Below are positions 51,399 through 63,572 of a stretch of 64,000 nucleotides of DNA, piece after piece. The DNA is from Neophaeotheca triangularis. Taxonomy: Eukaryota. The stretch covers positions 62,001 through 126,000 of the forward strand of contig BAAIJX010000009.1 of NCBI GenBank assembly GCA_054600435.1, in the 5' to 3' direction. Position 1 is the first letter of the stretch, and each line of letters begins with the position of its first letter. The notes beneath the pieces were generated by a model. The model was given only the letters and a program-made list of their open reading frames with translations, made no database searches and was not told the origin of the DNA. Made by a program: the position numbers and the translations under genes.

Positions 51399-52757
51399 TT
51401 AAGCCCTAGTGTCTAACTCCTTCGTAACATTAGCAATATTAGCCTATAGCTAATCTTCGGCACTAATAGACTTCTCCGTATTCTCTCCTGCCGACGGAGC
51501 GTTATCGTTCCTACTACTTATCTAAAACAAACCCTTAACCTCCGTCACACGCCTAGGAGCCACTACCGGTACCGCGGGAGCCTCGTCCTCCTAATCCGAC
51601 TCTAATAAAGAAGAATAATCCTCGTTAGAAGACACCTCTAGTAGTATACCGGCGTCGTCCCTACTACTCCTCCGAACCGGAGCCCTAGACATCGACATTA
51701 GCGCCTTAAGGGCCTCTACTAGTACACCGACGGTCTTATCGCAAGGCAGCGACACACTAACACTAGGAGTCGCGCGTAGCGGCGAAGAAGAAGACGCGGC
51801 GCGACGGCGGCTAGACATCTCGTTAATAAGTATAGACATTTCCGTACGGTAGATAGCGACAAGCCTCTCGACGGTAGCGGTAACGATCGTAGCGAAGTCG
51901 CGAGTTTGATCCGTAATTAGGCATGCCATGTCGTGCGGAGTCAAGATCTTATCGTTATTAGGACCGGAACGACGAAGGCCCCCTATTAGGATAATGGCGC
52001 GGTTATTCTTATAGAAGTACTAGGAGACCTTAGCGTTAACTTCTAAGACCTTAAGGTATATTAGCGAACCGGCGCTACTACTACTAGCGCGATTAGCATA
52101 ATAGAGTATAGCGGCATGGTTTATCTAGACATAGTAGCTACACTAGCTCGCGAGGTTAGGAACGATCTAAAAAGGCATTAGTAAGAACTCGTAACGACGA
52201 CGGAGTAATAGCAGGCTTACCTCGAGGTAGGACTGCTTTACATCCTAATAGGTGTTGTATACCGATCCGGTCGCGGAAGACACTATCTAGTATAGCGGGA
52301 CGAAGTCGACGGACCTAGCGAGAATGTTACTTAAGAGCTCCTTAATGTAACGCGAATAACGAGGGCGATTAACGTTAGGAGGATCGAGCTCTATACCCTT
52401 ATCGATGTTAGCGAGACGACGGAATACCGGTATATCCTCCTCGGAACCACTCTCCTCCCTATTATCACCTATAGCACGCTTACGTTTCGAGCCCGTACCC
52501 TTAGCGGCCGTAGTGCGCTTCGTACCGACACCCTCCGACTTTAAACCCTTCTTAGTAGACTTCGACTCGTCGACTAGATCCTTTAACTCCTCTTCCGTGA
52601 AGCTACTAGCGTCGATCCGATAGTAGCCCTTAGTTATAAAGACTCCCTTAGCGACAATCGCCCTATCTATAGTAAAGGTACCCTTACTATTAACGGCTAT
52701 AGCGCTAACGCTATAGTCGACTAGCGCCTTCGCACGCTTACTAACACGTAGAGGCAT
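51399..52757 (-). pseudogene. Antisense, spliced extra gene of copy A (435 codons; exons 52757-52221, 52166-51399)
   Basis: Homologue of 49081-50412; same 54-nt intron GTAAGC...CTAAT...TAG (52220-52167); ORFs 52287-52778 and 51591-51944 are its remnants. Confidence 0.8.
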
Positions 52758-53473
52758 AATAGAACGGCGGTAGAGCAATAAAGGTAGTAAATAAAGCTAG
52801 CGAAAAAAAGGCGATAGCGAGATCGCGAAAAAAGTGGTCGATAAAGAAGGGAAGAAGGTATTAGAGGTACGAGGAGCGCCTTTTTGTTAAACCGCGCTAG
52901 GTAAGGTTTTCGAAAAGTTACTAGAAGCAGGTAACAATAGGAAACTAGGTGAGGTTAGTTTTATTGTTAAAGAACAATAGGAACCGTATACGGACTAATA
53001 GTGGCGCGTATATAAAGAACTGAAGTTTACTTACTAATAAAGAAGGTCACCTTGTTAAAAGGCAGACTAGCGCGCTAAAGGGACTACGATAGAGTAAAGG
53101 CTGTTATTGTTATTGTGGTTAGAAGGAGGAAGTCTTCGAAAGAGAAGCGGCCGGTAGGTCACCTCCGCGTAATTATAGCGTAATCACGCTAAGGCTCCGC
53201 TAGTAATTACCGCTCCGCTAGATCACTACTATATAGCTGTTAATACCGCTTATCGCGACGATAATGCACCTCGCTATAGCAAACTTAGGTTTGAGGTGAA
53301 TCTACTCTAGGGACCTAATAGTGCGACAGCGCTATACGGTATTACTCTTTTCCTTAGTAGAGACACTACCGAGGTTTTTAACGAGGATACTAACATATAC
53401 GCTATACCGGGGTCTCGCATAACTATGCTTATAAGTACTAGCTCGAGGACGAGCTACCGGAGAGGGAGGCAAT

Positions 53474-53696
53474 TGTCATAACCGCGGCGCTAGTAGGACA
53501 TCGGCGGCCCTAGCTATAGAGCAGCTTAGGAGTACTAAGCGCATATACTACGAAAGTATATAAGATAGCTAATAGTAAAGTCTCCTATCTACTATCGAAT
53601 AGTTTCTATATTAAAGGACTATTACTATTATTACTATTATTACGCTCCGCCCTCGCTCCGCTATAATCCTGACTAAGTTATAGTCTTAGTCTTATA
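53474..53696 (+). repeat. 3' LTR of copy A
   Basis: TGTCATA...CTTATA, 223 bp, followed by AGTAG TSD. Confidence 0.94.
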
Positions 53697-53701
53697 AGTA
53701 G

Positions 53702-54053
53702 GTAAGTGCTAGTATAGACCCTAGAGGCTTACTCCCCTAGTATATATATCTAAAAAGATTACTACCTTCTCTAATACTTTAACTTAGTAACTATCCTTAA
53801 GACTAAAGTCGCTTACTAGCTTATCTACTAACTATATAAAGCTCCCTCTTATTATACGAGTAACCTCCTTATACCTCTAGTCGTTATTTAGTACTAGCTA
53901 GGTCTCTATTACCCCCTAGCTAAGCTCTAGAACTAGAGTTTATTAGGGCCCTTATAGTATATAGTACCGTATAAGGAAGGTAATAAGCTCCTCTATAACC
54001 TCTATATTAGCCTCTATCTAAGCGATAAGGAGCTTATCGAGCAGTTTTTTTAT
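53702..54053 (-). pseudogene. Harbinger transposase, N-terminal part, RIP-degraded
   Basis: EVTRIIRGSFI*LVDKL...LKDS...LEKVVIFL resembles the RM...F..L...EKV.IFL N-terminal segment of HARBI1-like transposases and runs into the AGTAG TSD; start approximate. Confidence 0.65.
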
Positions 54054-54165
54054 AAGAGTAACGCGTATAGTAAAAGTAGTATAGTAAAAGTAAAATGTCT
54101 AGTAATAGACGGAGCTATATACACTTTCTAAAAATACGAACAAGACACGAAATGTCGCGTACGAG

Positions 54166-54231
54166 CTATAGGATTATAGGACTATAGGACTATAGGACTA
54201 TAAAATACACCTCTAGGGGTGTATTTTATAG
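54166..54231. repeat. (CTATAGGA)n array followed by a 34-bp near-perfect palindrome
   Basis: About four 8-mers, then CTATAAAATACACC-TCTAGG-GGTGTATTTTATAG (54198-54231). Confidence 0.85.
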
Positions 54232-54425
54232 CTCTAAAAAAGACTACGGTCCTATAGCTTTAGGACTATATAGTGCTATACCGGAGCTACTATACTACTA
54301 CGAATAGCTAGAGCTACCGAAGCTAGGACCGCTAAGGTACCCCTAAGGTACCTCTAATTCACTAATTAGTAGCGAGCCGTAGTCCTAGGACTAGGGATGT
54401 TGATTTCGATGACCTTTCGATTTTA

Positions 54426-54870
54426 TGGTCAGACCATTAACCATTGACCATTGACTATTAACCTTTGACTATTAAGCTTTGACCATAGAATGACGTCACT
54501 TAAATACTTTGGTAGCTACTAAAGTTGTCTAACATTTTCTAAGATATGCTTTAAGCCTCTTAAGTCCTTTATAAAAAATGTCGAAACTATGTCTAGACCT
54601 CGAGTTTTTGTTAGGGGATATCCTACGCACGACTTAGGCGCAATTTTTGTTAGCGATAAGCGTTTATGTTAGGTATAAGGTGTTAACACAATTGAAGTCA
54701 ATAACCCAAAGTCTAACCCTAACACACATGCGACCCAAACTCTAACCCTTAGTACCCTGAATTAGGATCACGTGAAAGGGTCCAAGCTTGAATGGTCATC
54801 GGCCAAATCGCTCAATGGTCAGACCATTGACCATTGACCAATGACCAATGACCAATGACCATTGACCATT
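54426..54870. repeat. Two subterminal arrays of TGACCAW heptamers (about 54426-54486 and 54815-54870)
   Basis: TGGTCAGACCATT(G/A)ACCATTGACC... repeated; the inner array carries more transitions than the outer. Confidence 0.8.
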
Positions 54871-54887
54871 CCAACATCCCTACCCAG

Positions 54888-54931
54888 GACCATGACCTCC
54901 GTGGTCCCAAAACCCAACTGCGAACAGGCCC
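54888..54931 (-). repeat. Right terminal inverted repeat of the PIF/Harbinger element
   Basis: GACCATGACCTCCGTGGTCCCAAAACCCAACTGCGAACAGGCCC then TAA. Confidence 0.93.
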
Positions 54932-55769
54932 TAAGTCCGTCATGACCTTGAGGGTGAGGTCATTTTTGGGTTTCGATCGCACAGATCGTGCCTTCACTCG
55001 ACAATCTGTCAGCTAAGCAACTCGAGAGAGCGCATTAGACCCCACACCATGTCTGAGCGGCAAGGTAGGCCGGCGAGATTGACAGCAACAGTCTCAAAAG
55101 TCTGTTTAACATCACAGAGGGGGAGCAACGGCTGGATGCAACAAAGTAATGTTCCCTTCATCAGACATAGACATAGACACACACTCACTCCTTGATACCG
55201 TAGCACACTAGTGCAAATGTCTTTACAAGGTCAATGGAGATTTAAGCACGCGGATTTCAGCCGGGCCACCTAGAGTACTAGGCTTGGACGGTAAAGTAAC
55301 CTACCCAGAGGCTTTAGCAATGAAACGACCCTAGAACAGAATGGCATAACGAATGAAGAACGCAAGTAGGTGGGTATCTCGTTCAGCTAAGTCGTCATTC
55401 GTTCTATCGTGCGAGAGATGAAGGGAGGGAATCGTGGCTGAGCACCTTGAACGGCCCTTAAAGACTGCCGTAGAGCGCCGGCGATGACCTTGGAAGGACC
55501 GGTTCGTTGGGCGCTGAGGGACCATTGAACGGGCTTGGCTCTTTCGGGAGACGCCAGGGGGATATGCAGATCTTCGTACCACTGTTGGCAAGGCTAATAG
55601 TCCTTGTCGGAAAGTTTCAGCCGTATCTTCCTATAGGCCATTGCTGTTGCTGTGTCGTTCGCGATTGCATTCTCCAGTGGAATCAATGCGACCAAATTAT
55701 CGCCGTACTCGCGGGGTCCGCTCATAACTCGATGCTGCTCGATTATCAAACCCTGCGTGCTGTTTCCCC

Positions 55770-56504
55770 TCAACTAGCCACAGCGCCAGACATACCGTCT
55801 TCCCCATCCACGTCCATGACGTCGCTTTCGGAAGCCATGCCATCTTGCAAGCGGTAGCCGGAAAGATTGCGCGAGGCTTCTGAGCCAGTATCGGCCACCC
55901 CTGGCGAGGTCCTCGACCCCCCCTTCCTGGGCCCGCGCACGCGTCTCCTAAGCCGACGCCTAGTCCCCTCCAAATCCTGGTCAGGCAAGGCGTCCGGGTT
56001 TGTAGTATCACTCATCGCATCCGTCGTCACACTCTGGCTGTGCGAACGCTTAAAAAGTCGAGAACCCTGCCTCCGCGCCGCGTGCCGCTCTTTGCGCCTC
56101 CTTTCCGTCTCCCTCTCCTCGTCCGCGCAGTGCAAACGTGACATGTGCCGCGACAGTCCCCCTTCCATCTCACTGCGATCCGAGTCCGTGGCGTCGTCAT
56201 CCTCTAAGCCACTAGCGCCAGACATTTCCTCCAGTTCTTCCGGGTACACGACGTCGAGGTCTGTTAGGTAGCCGACGTCGCCTTCCACTAGCTCTTCCAC
56301 TTTGACACTGTCTTCAGCCAGCCGTTTGGCAGCTTTCTTTGCAGGACTGCTCGTTTCGGCTGGATGAATGGAGGAGGCGGGGGAGTCGGATCGCTCGAGT
56401 CTTCGCTTCTGGTTTCGCGCGGGTGTATGGGGTGGGGTCGCGGGCGCTGTGCTTGAAAGACTCGTTTCAGACGTAGGACCCGAGCCTGGAAATAGTCCGG
56501 CCAT
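55770..56504 (-). CDS. Hypothetical protein, 244 aa, charged and low complexity
   Basis: ATG-started intronless ORF with coding-like composition (acidic tract, basic RRRLRRRVRGP segment); no family recognised. Confidence 0.7.
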   Translation of the reverse strand: MAGLFPGSGPTSETSLSSTAPATPPHTPARNQKRRLERSDSPASSIHPAETSSPAKKAAKRLAEDSVKVEELVEGDVGYLTDLDVVYPEELEEMSGASGLEDDDATDSDRSEMEGGLSRHMSRLHCADEERETERRRKERHAARRQGSRLFKRSHSQSVTTDAMSDTTNPDALPDQDLEGTRRRLRRRVRGPRKGGSRTSPGVADTGSEASRNLSGYRLQDGMASESDVMDVDGEDGMSGAVAS

Positions 56505-57656
56505 TGCGCTTGGAGACTAGAACGTCCTTTGTCTATCGCCTTTTCCCGCTCCGGCGCAAAATCGAGCTCTTGACCTAGGTTTTCTCAGCGCAAGTCGATG
56601 GGAGTATATCGGTGCAAGACTGGGCTATGATGTCGCTTGACGATGTGATTTTGCGATCGTAGACCTTCCGATAACATTGTCATGAGTGTTGTGTGGATGA
56701 TGGGCCAACACTGCGGTCGTGAGTATTGAAGTTCACTGGAAAGAGATCGCCACCACGTTAGGAAGATTACGAAAGGGTGAAGGGAATGGTGTCGCTTCTG
56801 CTCAGGCAGCACTGGAGACAATGTATTTGTGCCCGTAAGGTCTCTAAGGAGGTGGGAAGGTCCCTTGCTTGGGCAGCAATAAAAAGACAATTGATGTACC
56901 CTGCCGATCGCTGCAAGCACTAGCCGGGCGTGTGCGTATGACTGTTTACGCCGTGCTCGCGGCTATGGCAATTTTTCCAAGTTGCGGGAGTGACTACAAA
57001 TGTGAAAGAGTAGAGGTAAAAGAAAGACGTCGGACAGAATGGTAAGATCGTTGCGTACGAGCAACGGAGAAGGTCGGGCGGGTCCGGCCTGTTCAATCAA
57101 TGCGTGTGATGGAAGCTGCGTTTACATGGTAGTGTGAGCCGAGAGGTGTCAGTAGGTAGTGATGGCACTCGGCACAGGTTGTCTTTTAGATGATCTTGTG
57201 AGATGGCTTCTTTTGGGTCGCGATGCCTGCGAGGAAACGCCAGAAAGTCACTGAGGCATTCAACAGTGTCGGGCGAGTGAGGGCTGTGGGCTGTGGTGTC
57301 TCGACAAGATTAATAGTTATCGAGGTTGTGGTACTACATAACTTAAGTTCGGTCCTCTATCGCTTATCAGCACGTGACTGGCGAGTCAAATTGCTTGGCA
57401 TGAATTAACGGACAGGACAGCTGCTACGTAGCCAGGAAGCGCGGCCAGAAACAGCTGTACAGGGAGCTCCGGTATACCACAACAACAACATCGGCACCCA
57501 CCTCTCACACCATTTCGCTCAGCTCACGGCATTTAAGCGACGATACCAACTTCTTTTGCTCGCCTCTCTGGGATCCCTTGTTCACCGCGGTCCACCCTTG
57601 GTATTCGGCGACATCAGCCAATGCCTGGAGCGCCAGCTCCCTCTCCTTAGCCCAGC

Positions 57657-60600
57657 ATGAGCCAAACTACCTCGCCGAATATGCTCACAAAGTTCGAATC
57701 CAAGTCCTCTCGAGCAAAGGGCATTGCCTTTCATCCCAAACGACCATGGATTCTTGTAGCCCTTCACTCCTCCACCATCCAGCTATGGGACTACCGTATG
57801 GGGACCCTGATAGACCGCTTCGAGGAGCACGACGGTCCCGTCCGCGGCGTCGACTTCCATAAGACCCAACCATTATTTGTCTCTGGTGGTGATGACTACA
57901 AGATCAAGGTCTGGTCGTACCAAACCAGGAGATGTCTGTTCACTCTCAACGGCCATTTGGATTACGTGCGAACCGTCTTCTTCCACCACGAATTGCCATG
58001 GATTTTGAGCAGTAGTGACGATCAGACTATCAGGATATGGAACTGGCAGAACAGGTCTTTGAGTGAGTTATAAGAGGGTGCTGACACATTGAAGCTCATG
58101 CTGACTTGCATCAGTCTGCACAATGACCGGCCACAACCACTATACCATGTGCGCGCAGTTCCACCCCAAGGAGGATCTCATCGTCTCCGCATCTTTGGAT
58201 CAGTCGGTAAGAGTGTGGGACATCTCAGGCTTGAGGAAAAAGCACTCGGCGCCCACGTCCATGACTTTTGAGGACCAGATGGCGCGCGCCAACTCCCAAC
58301 AGGCAGACATGTTCGGAAACACGGACGCGGTGGTAAAGTTTGTGCTTGAGGGTCACGACAGAGGTGTAAATTGGGTTGCTTTCCACCCCACACTTCCGTT
58401 GATCGTGTCCGCTGGGGATGATAGACTGGTCAAACTATGGCGCATGAGCGAGACCAAGGCGTGGGAGGTCGACACTTGCAGGGGACACTTCCAGAACGCC
58501 TCGGCATGCCTGTTTCACCCTCACCAGGACCTCTTGCTGTCAGTCGGAGAGGATAAAACAATCAGAGTGTGGGACCTCAACAAGCGGACATCGGTGCAAT
58601 CATTCAAGCGGGAGAACGATCGATTCTGGGTAATTGCTGCGCACCCTGAAATTAACCTTTTCGCTGCTGGTCACGACAATGGAGTCATGGTGTTTAAGCT
58701 CGAACGTGAGCGTCCCGCGTCTGCGGTTCACCAAAACCAGCTGTTTTACATCAACAAGGAAAAGCATGTCCGTTCGTACGACTTCTCCAAGAACGTGGAG
58801 AGCCCTTCCATGCTATCTTTGAGGAAACTCGGAAGTCCCTGGGTCCCACCACGAACCATGTCCTACAACCCCGCCGAACGAGCGGTTCTCGTCACTTCTC
58901 CAACCGACAATGGTGTTTACGAGCTCATCAGTCTGCCACGCGAAGCCTCAGGTGCTGTGGAGCCCACAAATACGATGCGTGGCACGGGCACATCTGCTGT
59001 CTTTGTCGCGCGGAATCGTTTCGCCGTCTTCAACCAAAGTAACCAGCAGATCGACATCAAAGACCTCTCCAACTCTACTACGAAAACGATGAAACCTCCC
59101 GTTGGCACTACAGACATGACTTATGGCGGGCCTGGATGTCTACTGCTGATAACTCCCGCAACCGTCTACCTGTACGACATTCAACAGAAGAAGCAACTCG
59201 CCGAACTTGCCGTAGCAGGCGTCAAGTATGTCGTATGGTCTGGAGACGGCCTACACGCGGCTTTGTTGAGCAAGCACAACGTGACCATCGTGAACAAGTC
59301 GCTCGAACAAATCAGCACGCTGCACGAGACAATCCGGATCAAGAGTGCGACCTGGGACGACGCTGGCGTGCTCTTGTATTCCACTCTCAACCACATCAAG
59401 TACACTCTTATGAATGGCGACAACGGGATCGTGCGAACGCTTGAGCACACTGTCTACTTGATGAGAGTCAAGGGTAGGAGTGTATACTGTCTCGATCGAG
59501 CGGCAAAGCCCAAGGTGTTGACCATCGATCCAACTGAATACCGTTTCAAGTTGGCACTGGTGAAGAGGCATTACGACGAGATGCTGAACATCATCAAGAC
59601 TTCCAGCTTGGTCGGTCAAAGCATCATTTCCTACCTGCAGAAGAAGGGCTACCCAGAGATTGCGCTTCAATTCGTTCAAGATCCCCAGACTAGGTTTGAG
59701 CTGGCAATTGAGTGCGGTAACCTTGACGTAGCGGTCGAAATGGCGAAGGAACTTGATAGGCCGAAACTATGGCAGAGGCTCAGCAATGAAGCCTTAGCAC
59801 ATGGCAACCACCAAGTTGTCGAGTCCACATACCAGAAAATGCGCAACTTCGACAAGCTATCTTTCCTCTACCTTACCACGGGAGATGAGTCGAAGCTGCA
59901 ACGAATGGCCAAGATCGCGGAGCACAGGGGTGACATCACGAGCAGGTTCCAGAATTCCCTCTACTTGGGAGATGCCAAGGACAGAATTGAGATGCTGAAG
60001 GAGGTCGACCAATATCCCTTGGCTTACCTTACCGCGAAGTCAAACGGCATGGAGGATGAATGCCAGGAGATCCTCGATGCGAGTGGTCTGACCGAAGACC
60101 AGCTCACACTGCCTGTCATGGGCAAACCGCACGCACCACCAAAGACCATTGTACCTACATACAAAGCGAACTGGCCGAGCAAATCTACAGGCGCTACCTC
60201 GTTCGAAAAGGCACTTCTTGCAGGTGGAGATGATACTGCTGTTCCTGATACGAATGGATATGGCGAAGAAGACCTGCTTGCAGAAGAGGAAGCGCCGCAG
60301 CGTAACGGCATCATGGAAGATGGCGAAGACGAAGACGCCGCTGGCTGGGACATGGGCGACGACGTCGTAGCGGACGTAGAAGAGGACCTTGTTGACGTCG
60401 GTGCCGCCGAGGCTGGCCCCGGTAGCAGCGAAGCAGACTTATGGACCCGCAACTCGCCACTAGCAGCAGACCACGCAGCAGCCGGCTCATTCGACTCAGC
60501 CATGAATCTGCTGAACCGACAAATAGGCGCCGTCAACTTCGAACCTCTCGAACCGCGCTTCATGGAAATATACAGCGCCTCCAGAACATACCTCCCCGCC

Positions 60601-61439
60601 AACGCGAGCATGGCTCCCTTGGTCAACTACGTCCGCAGGACTCTCAACGAAACCGACAGCCGCAAGATCCTTCCCCTAATCCCGCGAGACCTCGAGTCCG
60701 TCCAGACCGGCGAATTGACTGCAGGCAAAAATGCCATGAAAGCCAACAAGCTTGAAGACGGCGTTGTCGCTTTCAAAGCCGTCCTGCGCCTTCTCATGGT
60801 CAACGCCGTTTCCTCGCCCTCACAACTGGTGGAAGCCCAAGACGCTGTTCAGACCGCCGCACAATACGTTCTCGCCATGTCTATCGAACTGGAGCGCAGA
60901 GCAATCGTAGGCGGTACCACTGATCTGAGCTCCTACGGCGAAGACGTCAAGAAGCGCGTTCTCGAACTCAGCGCCTACTTCACAGTCCCCGGCATGGACC
61001 CCCAGCACCAGACCCTCGCCTTATTCTCCGCCATGAACTTCGCCAACAAGAACAAGCAACTTGGCAGCGCTCTTGGATTCGCCAACGCGCTGATCGAAAA
61101 GGGCACAAACGCCAAATTCAAGGAAAACGTAAGTATCCGCCTGCCACTCCCCACCTCTTCAAAACCATGACACTGAACATATCTAATCCGCACCAGGCCC
61201 GAAAGATCAAATCCATCACCGAGCGCGCCCCCAACGACGCCGTGGACATCGAATTCGACACTTTCGGCGGTTTCGCCATCTGCGCATCCTCGTACACGCC
61301 CATTTACGACGGTGACAACAGCGCTGTCTGCCCCTTTGATGGTGTTAAGTACCACGCCCGCTTCAAGGGCACCGTGTGCAAGGTCTGCGAGGTCTGTGCT
61401 GTCGGTGCTGGCGCTAGTGGATTCAGGCTTATGGTATGA
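57657..61439 (+). CDS. COP1: Coatomer subunit alpha; exons 57657-58062, 58115-61128, 61197-61439
   Basis: [25 protein letters not shown]40 repeats, [24 protein letters not shown]-terminal Cys cluster; GTGAGT and GTAAGT introns restore frame. Confidence 0.97.
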
Positions 61440-62054
61440 GTTGGGATGTCGACTGCGTGAATGGAAGGGAAAACTATTACCGCTTGACCGTTTGTCTGAG
61501 AAGGCAGAGTAGAGTGCGCTTTATGCTGTGGCAGATGCTTATTTTTCAAGAAGGTGCAAAAAGGGGCGTTATTTTGGGAGTCTTTGTCAGCGTCAAAGTT
61601 AGAGTTAGGCCGTGTAGCGAAAGGATGGTAAAGCATATGGTATTCCAGTCTGTTCAAAGGAGCGATTGTCGTCTGCGCGACTGTTTCACAACATTTCTCT
61701 CGAGCAGCGTAGCCGTCGGTCCTCACGGCCAGGGCTTGCTCGCTCGTGCATCTACTCGTCCCCATTTGCACTACTCGCCCAGTAAAGAGGCCGTCCGTGA
61801 CTACTGACCCACCTGATACATGACCACACACTCGGGGTTCAGGATCGAGGCCTAAAAAACTTCCATCCCGCTCAGAGGGGTCCAGACTGACCGACTAGGT
61901 CATTTCCACTTCATACCCGTGTTTGCCAGTTCCATACCGCAAGGTGGAAACAAAGGGCTTTGTGCAGCTAACTCAACATCAGCGTCCGGAATATGCATGC
62001 ACATGTCAAAGCACGTTCTCTGGAAGCAACCCACTGCCCTTTCTCTCTCTTCCT

Positions 62055-62080
62055 TCTCTCTCTCTCTCTCTCTCTCTCTC
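62055..62080. repeat. (TC)13 microsatellite
   Basis: Direct reading. Confidence 0.9.
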
Positions 62081-63024
62081 GCTCTCCCCATTCGCATCTA
62101 CCTACCTATAACGTCGAAATGACTTTAGAGCAGAACAACACTATCCTCAACACCAAGCTCGCGACTTCTGACACCTAAGCGCTCGCGCTCGGATCCACCC
62201 GAGGGCGGCGATGGGGACAACGACCTCGGTTAACACTGGGTCTGGTAACCGCGAGTTGGCGGAGAGCAGAAGCGCAGAGATGGCGAGTAGGGGAAGCAAG
62301 AGCGCGTGCCAGACGGGAGAGGGGGGGTGGGGGAGTCTCGTCACAGCTAGCCTCCCTATTTTTCTTTCCCCCTTTGCTCTGCGCCGCCGGGGCGGTGGAA
62401 TTGTTATCCTCGGAGCAGTGTCTAGCCTCTCTGCTATCTTAGACTGGCACCTAGCGGAACTGCTAGCACGCGGTTCCGTGGCAGGGAAGGGGTGGCGAGT
62501 AAGCGACGATTAGTACGTGAAACCGCTAGCCGGCTAGATAAAAGACGGATACCTAAGGAGAGTAGAATTCACGCATGCATCGCATCAACTCATCAGCGCA
62601 ATCGACGAACGGCGATATGAGAAGAGAAAAAAAAAAAAAAAACTGCAATAGGTATCACAAAAGCAAGCGGGAAATCATGAACCCCAAACTCAAACCCAAA
62701 CAAGCCCAAAGCAAAGCACAGCAAAGCACACCAAATGCATTCCAAGTCAAATCGTGAGCCAAAGGCCAAGTTAAAGCGGCATAGAAGAACGCTCCGCTCG
62801 CAAAACAGACCAGAAGTATAGCTCACGATTCCCGCCCAGAGCCCCTGTCTCTCCTTGATCCTTGTGCAGTCGCGCGTGGACTCGGGTCTTCATCATCAAT
62901 TGGCATTGTTATGACAGTACGCGAGCGTGCCGTGCCGTGCCGTAAACAGCATCATTCCTCGGGTTGTGCTTTCTGGAAATCTCGCTCCTCAATCCGTCAG
63001 TCATAGCGTCAACATAACCACGTG

Positions 63025-63064
63025 CCATCCCATCCCATCCCATCCCATCCCATCCCATCCCATC
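63025..63064. repeat. (CCATC)8 microsatellite
   Basis: Direct reading. Confidence 0.9.
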
Positions 63065-63572
63065 TCCCATCTCCCATCTCATCACAATCCCACCAATCTC
63101 TTCATCGTCATCAATCATTTATAGTGCGTCGTTCAAAAGAGGGGGAAAACAATGGCCCTCATCCAGAAAGCGGAAGAACAAGTAAAGCAAAAAGGTGGTA
63201 TCGCTAAATCCGGTCAAAACTCCTCAAGAACGCCTGCTGTGAGTGGGGTCGTAACGGGGCGCTACGCTGAAAAGAAAATGTATCCGGCCGTGGGGGGTTG
63301 GGCAGTGGAAAACAGCTGTTGTGGACGTGCTTCCTTTCGTTGCTGGTGGTGTTACTGGTGCTGTTGCCGTTTGAGATATTCGTGTTGTGGAGTCTGTGGT
63401 GTTGTTGAGGTGGAGTTGTCTCTGCGTCATGGCTCAAAAGTGCGTAAAGTCGTATGGCTCCTTGTCCTCTACGCTCCAGCACTATGGGTCGTGCGCAGTC
63501 GAAGTCCTCACGCTGTGTTTGTGCTGTGGTATACATGACCCCCATGATTTCGTAGACCATCGTGGATGCCTA

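Larger units (their letters stand above)
38154..53696 (+). mobile_element. Ty3/Gypsy chromovirus copy A (7783 bp own sequence: 38154-43595 and 51356-53696), RIP-inactivated
   Basis: 223-bp LTRs at both ends, AGTAG target duplication (38149-38153, 53697-53701), gag-PR-RT-RH-IN-chromodomain order, PPT GGAGAGGGAGGCAAT before the 3' LTR. Confidence 0.95.
35021..54931. mobile_element. PIF/Harbinger DNA transposon, RIP-inactivated (about 4.36 kb own sequence: 35021-38153 and 53702-54931), interrupted by LTR elements
   Basis: 44-bp TIRs with 3 mismatches starting GGGCCTGTTCGCAG; TAA on both sides (35018-35020, 54932-54934); Harbinger-type transposase and Myb/SANT-like relics inside. Confidence 0.92.

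Noticed and set aside
38154..53696. Tandem LTR-internal-LTR-internal array or assembly duplication
   Set aside because: The ACGGG/ATAGG TSD, the split of copy A exactly at that site and independent mutations in each copy show a nested insertion.
54426..54870. Repeat arrays as CRISPR-like or telomeric sequence
   Set aside because: No spacers, eukaryotic context; only isolated CTAACCCT words, inside a transposon end.
35021..54931. Starship-like giant element or horizontally acquired AT-rich island
   Set aside because: No tyrosine recombinase or host cargo; composition is explained by RIP of ordinary nested transposons.
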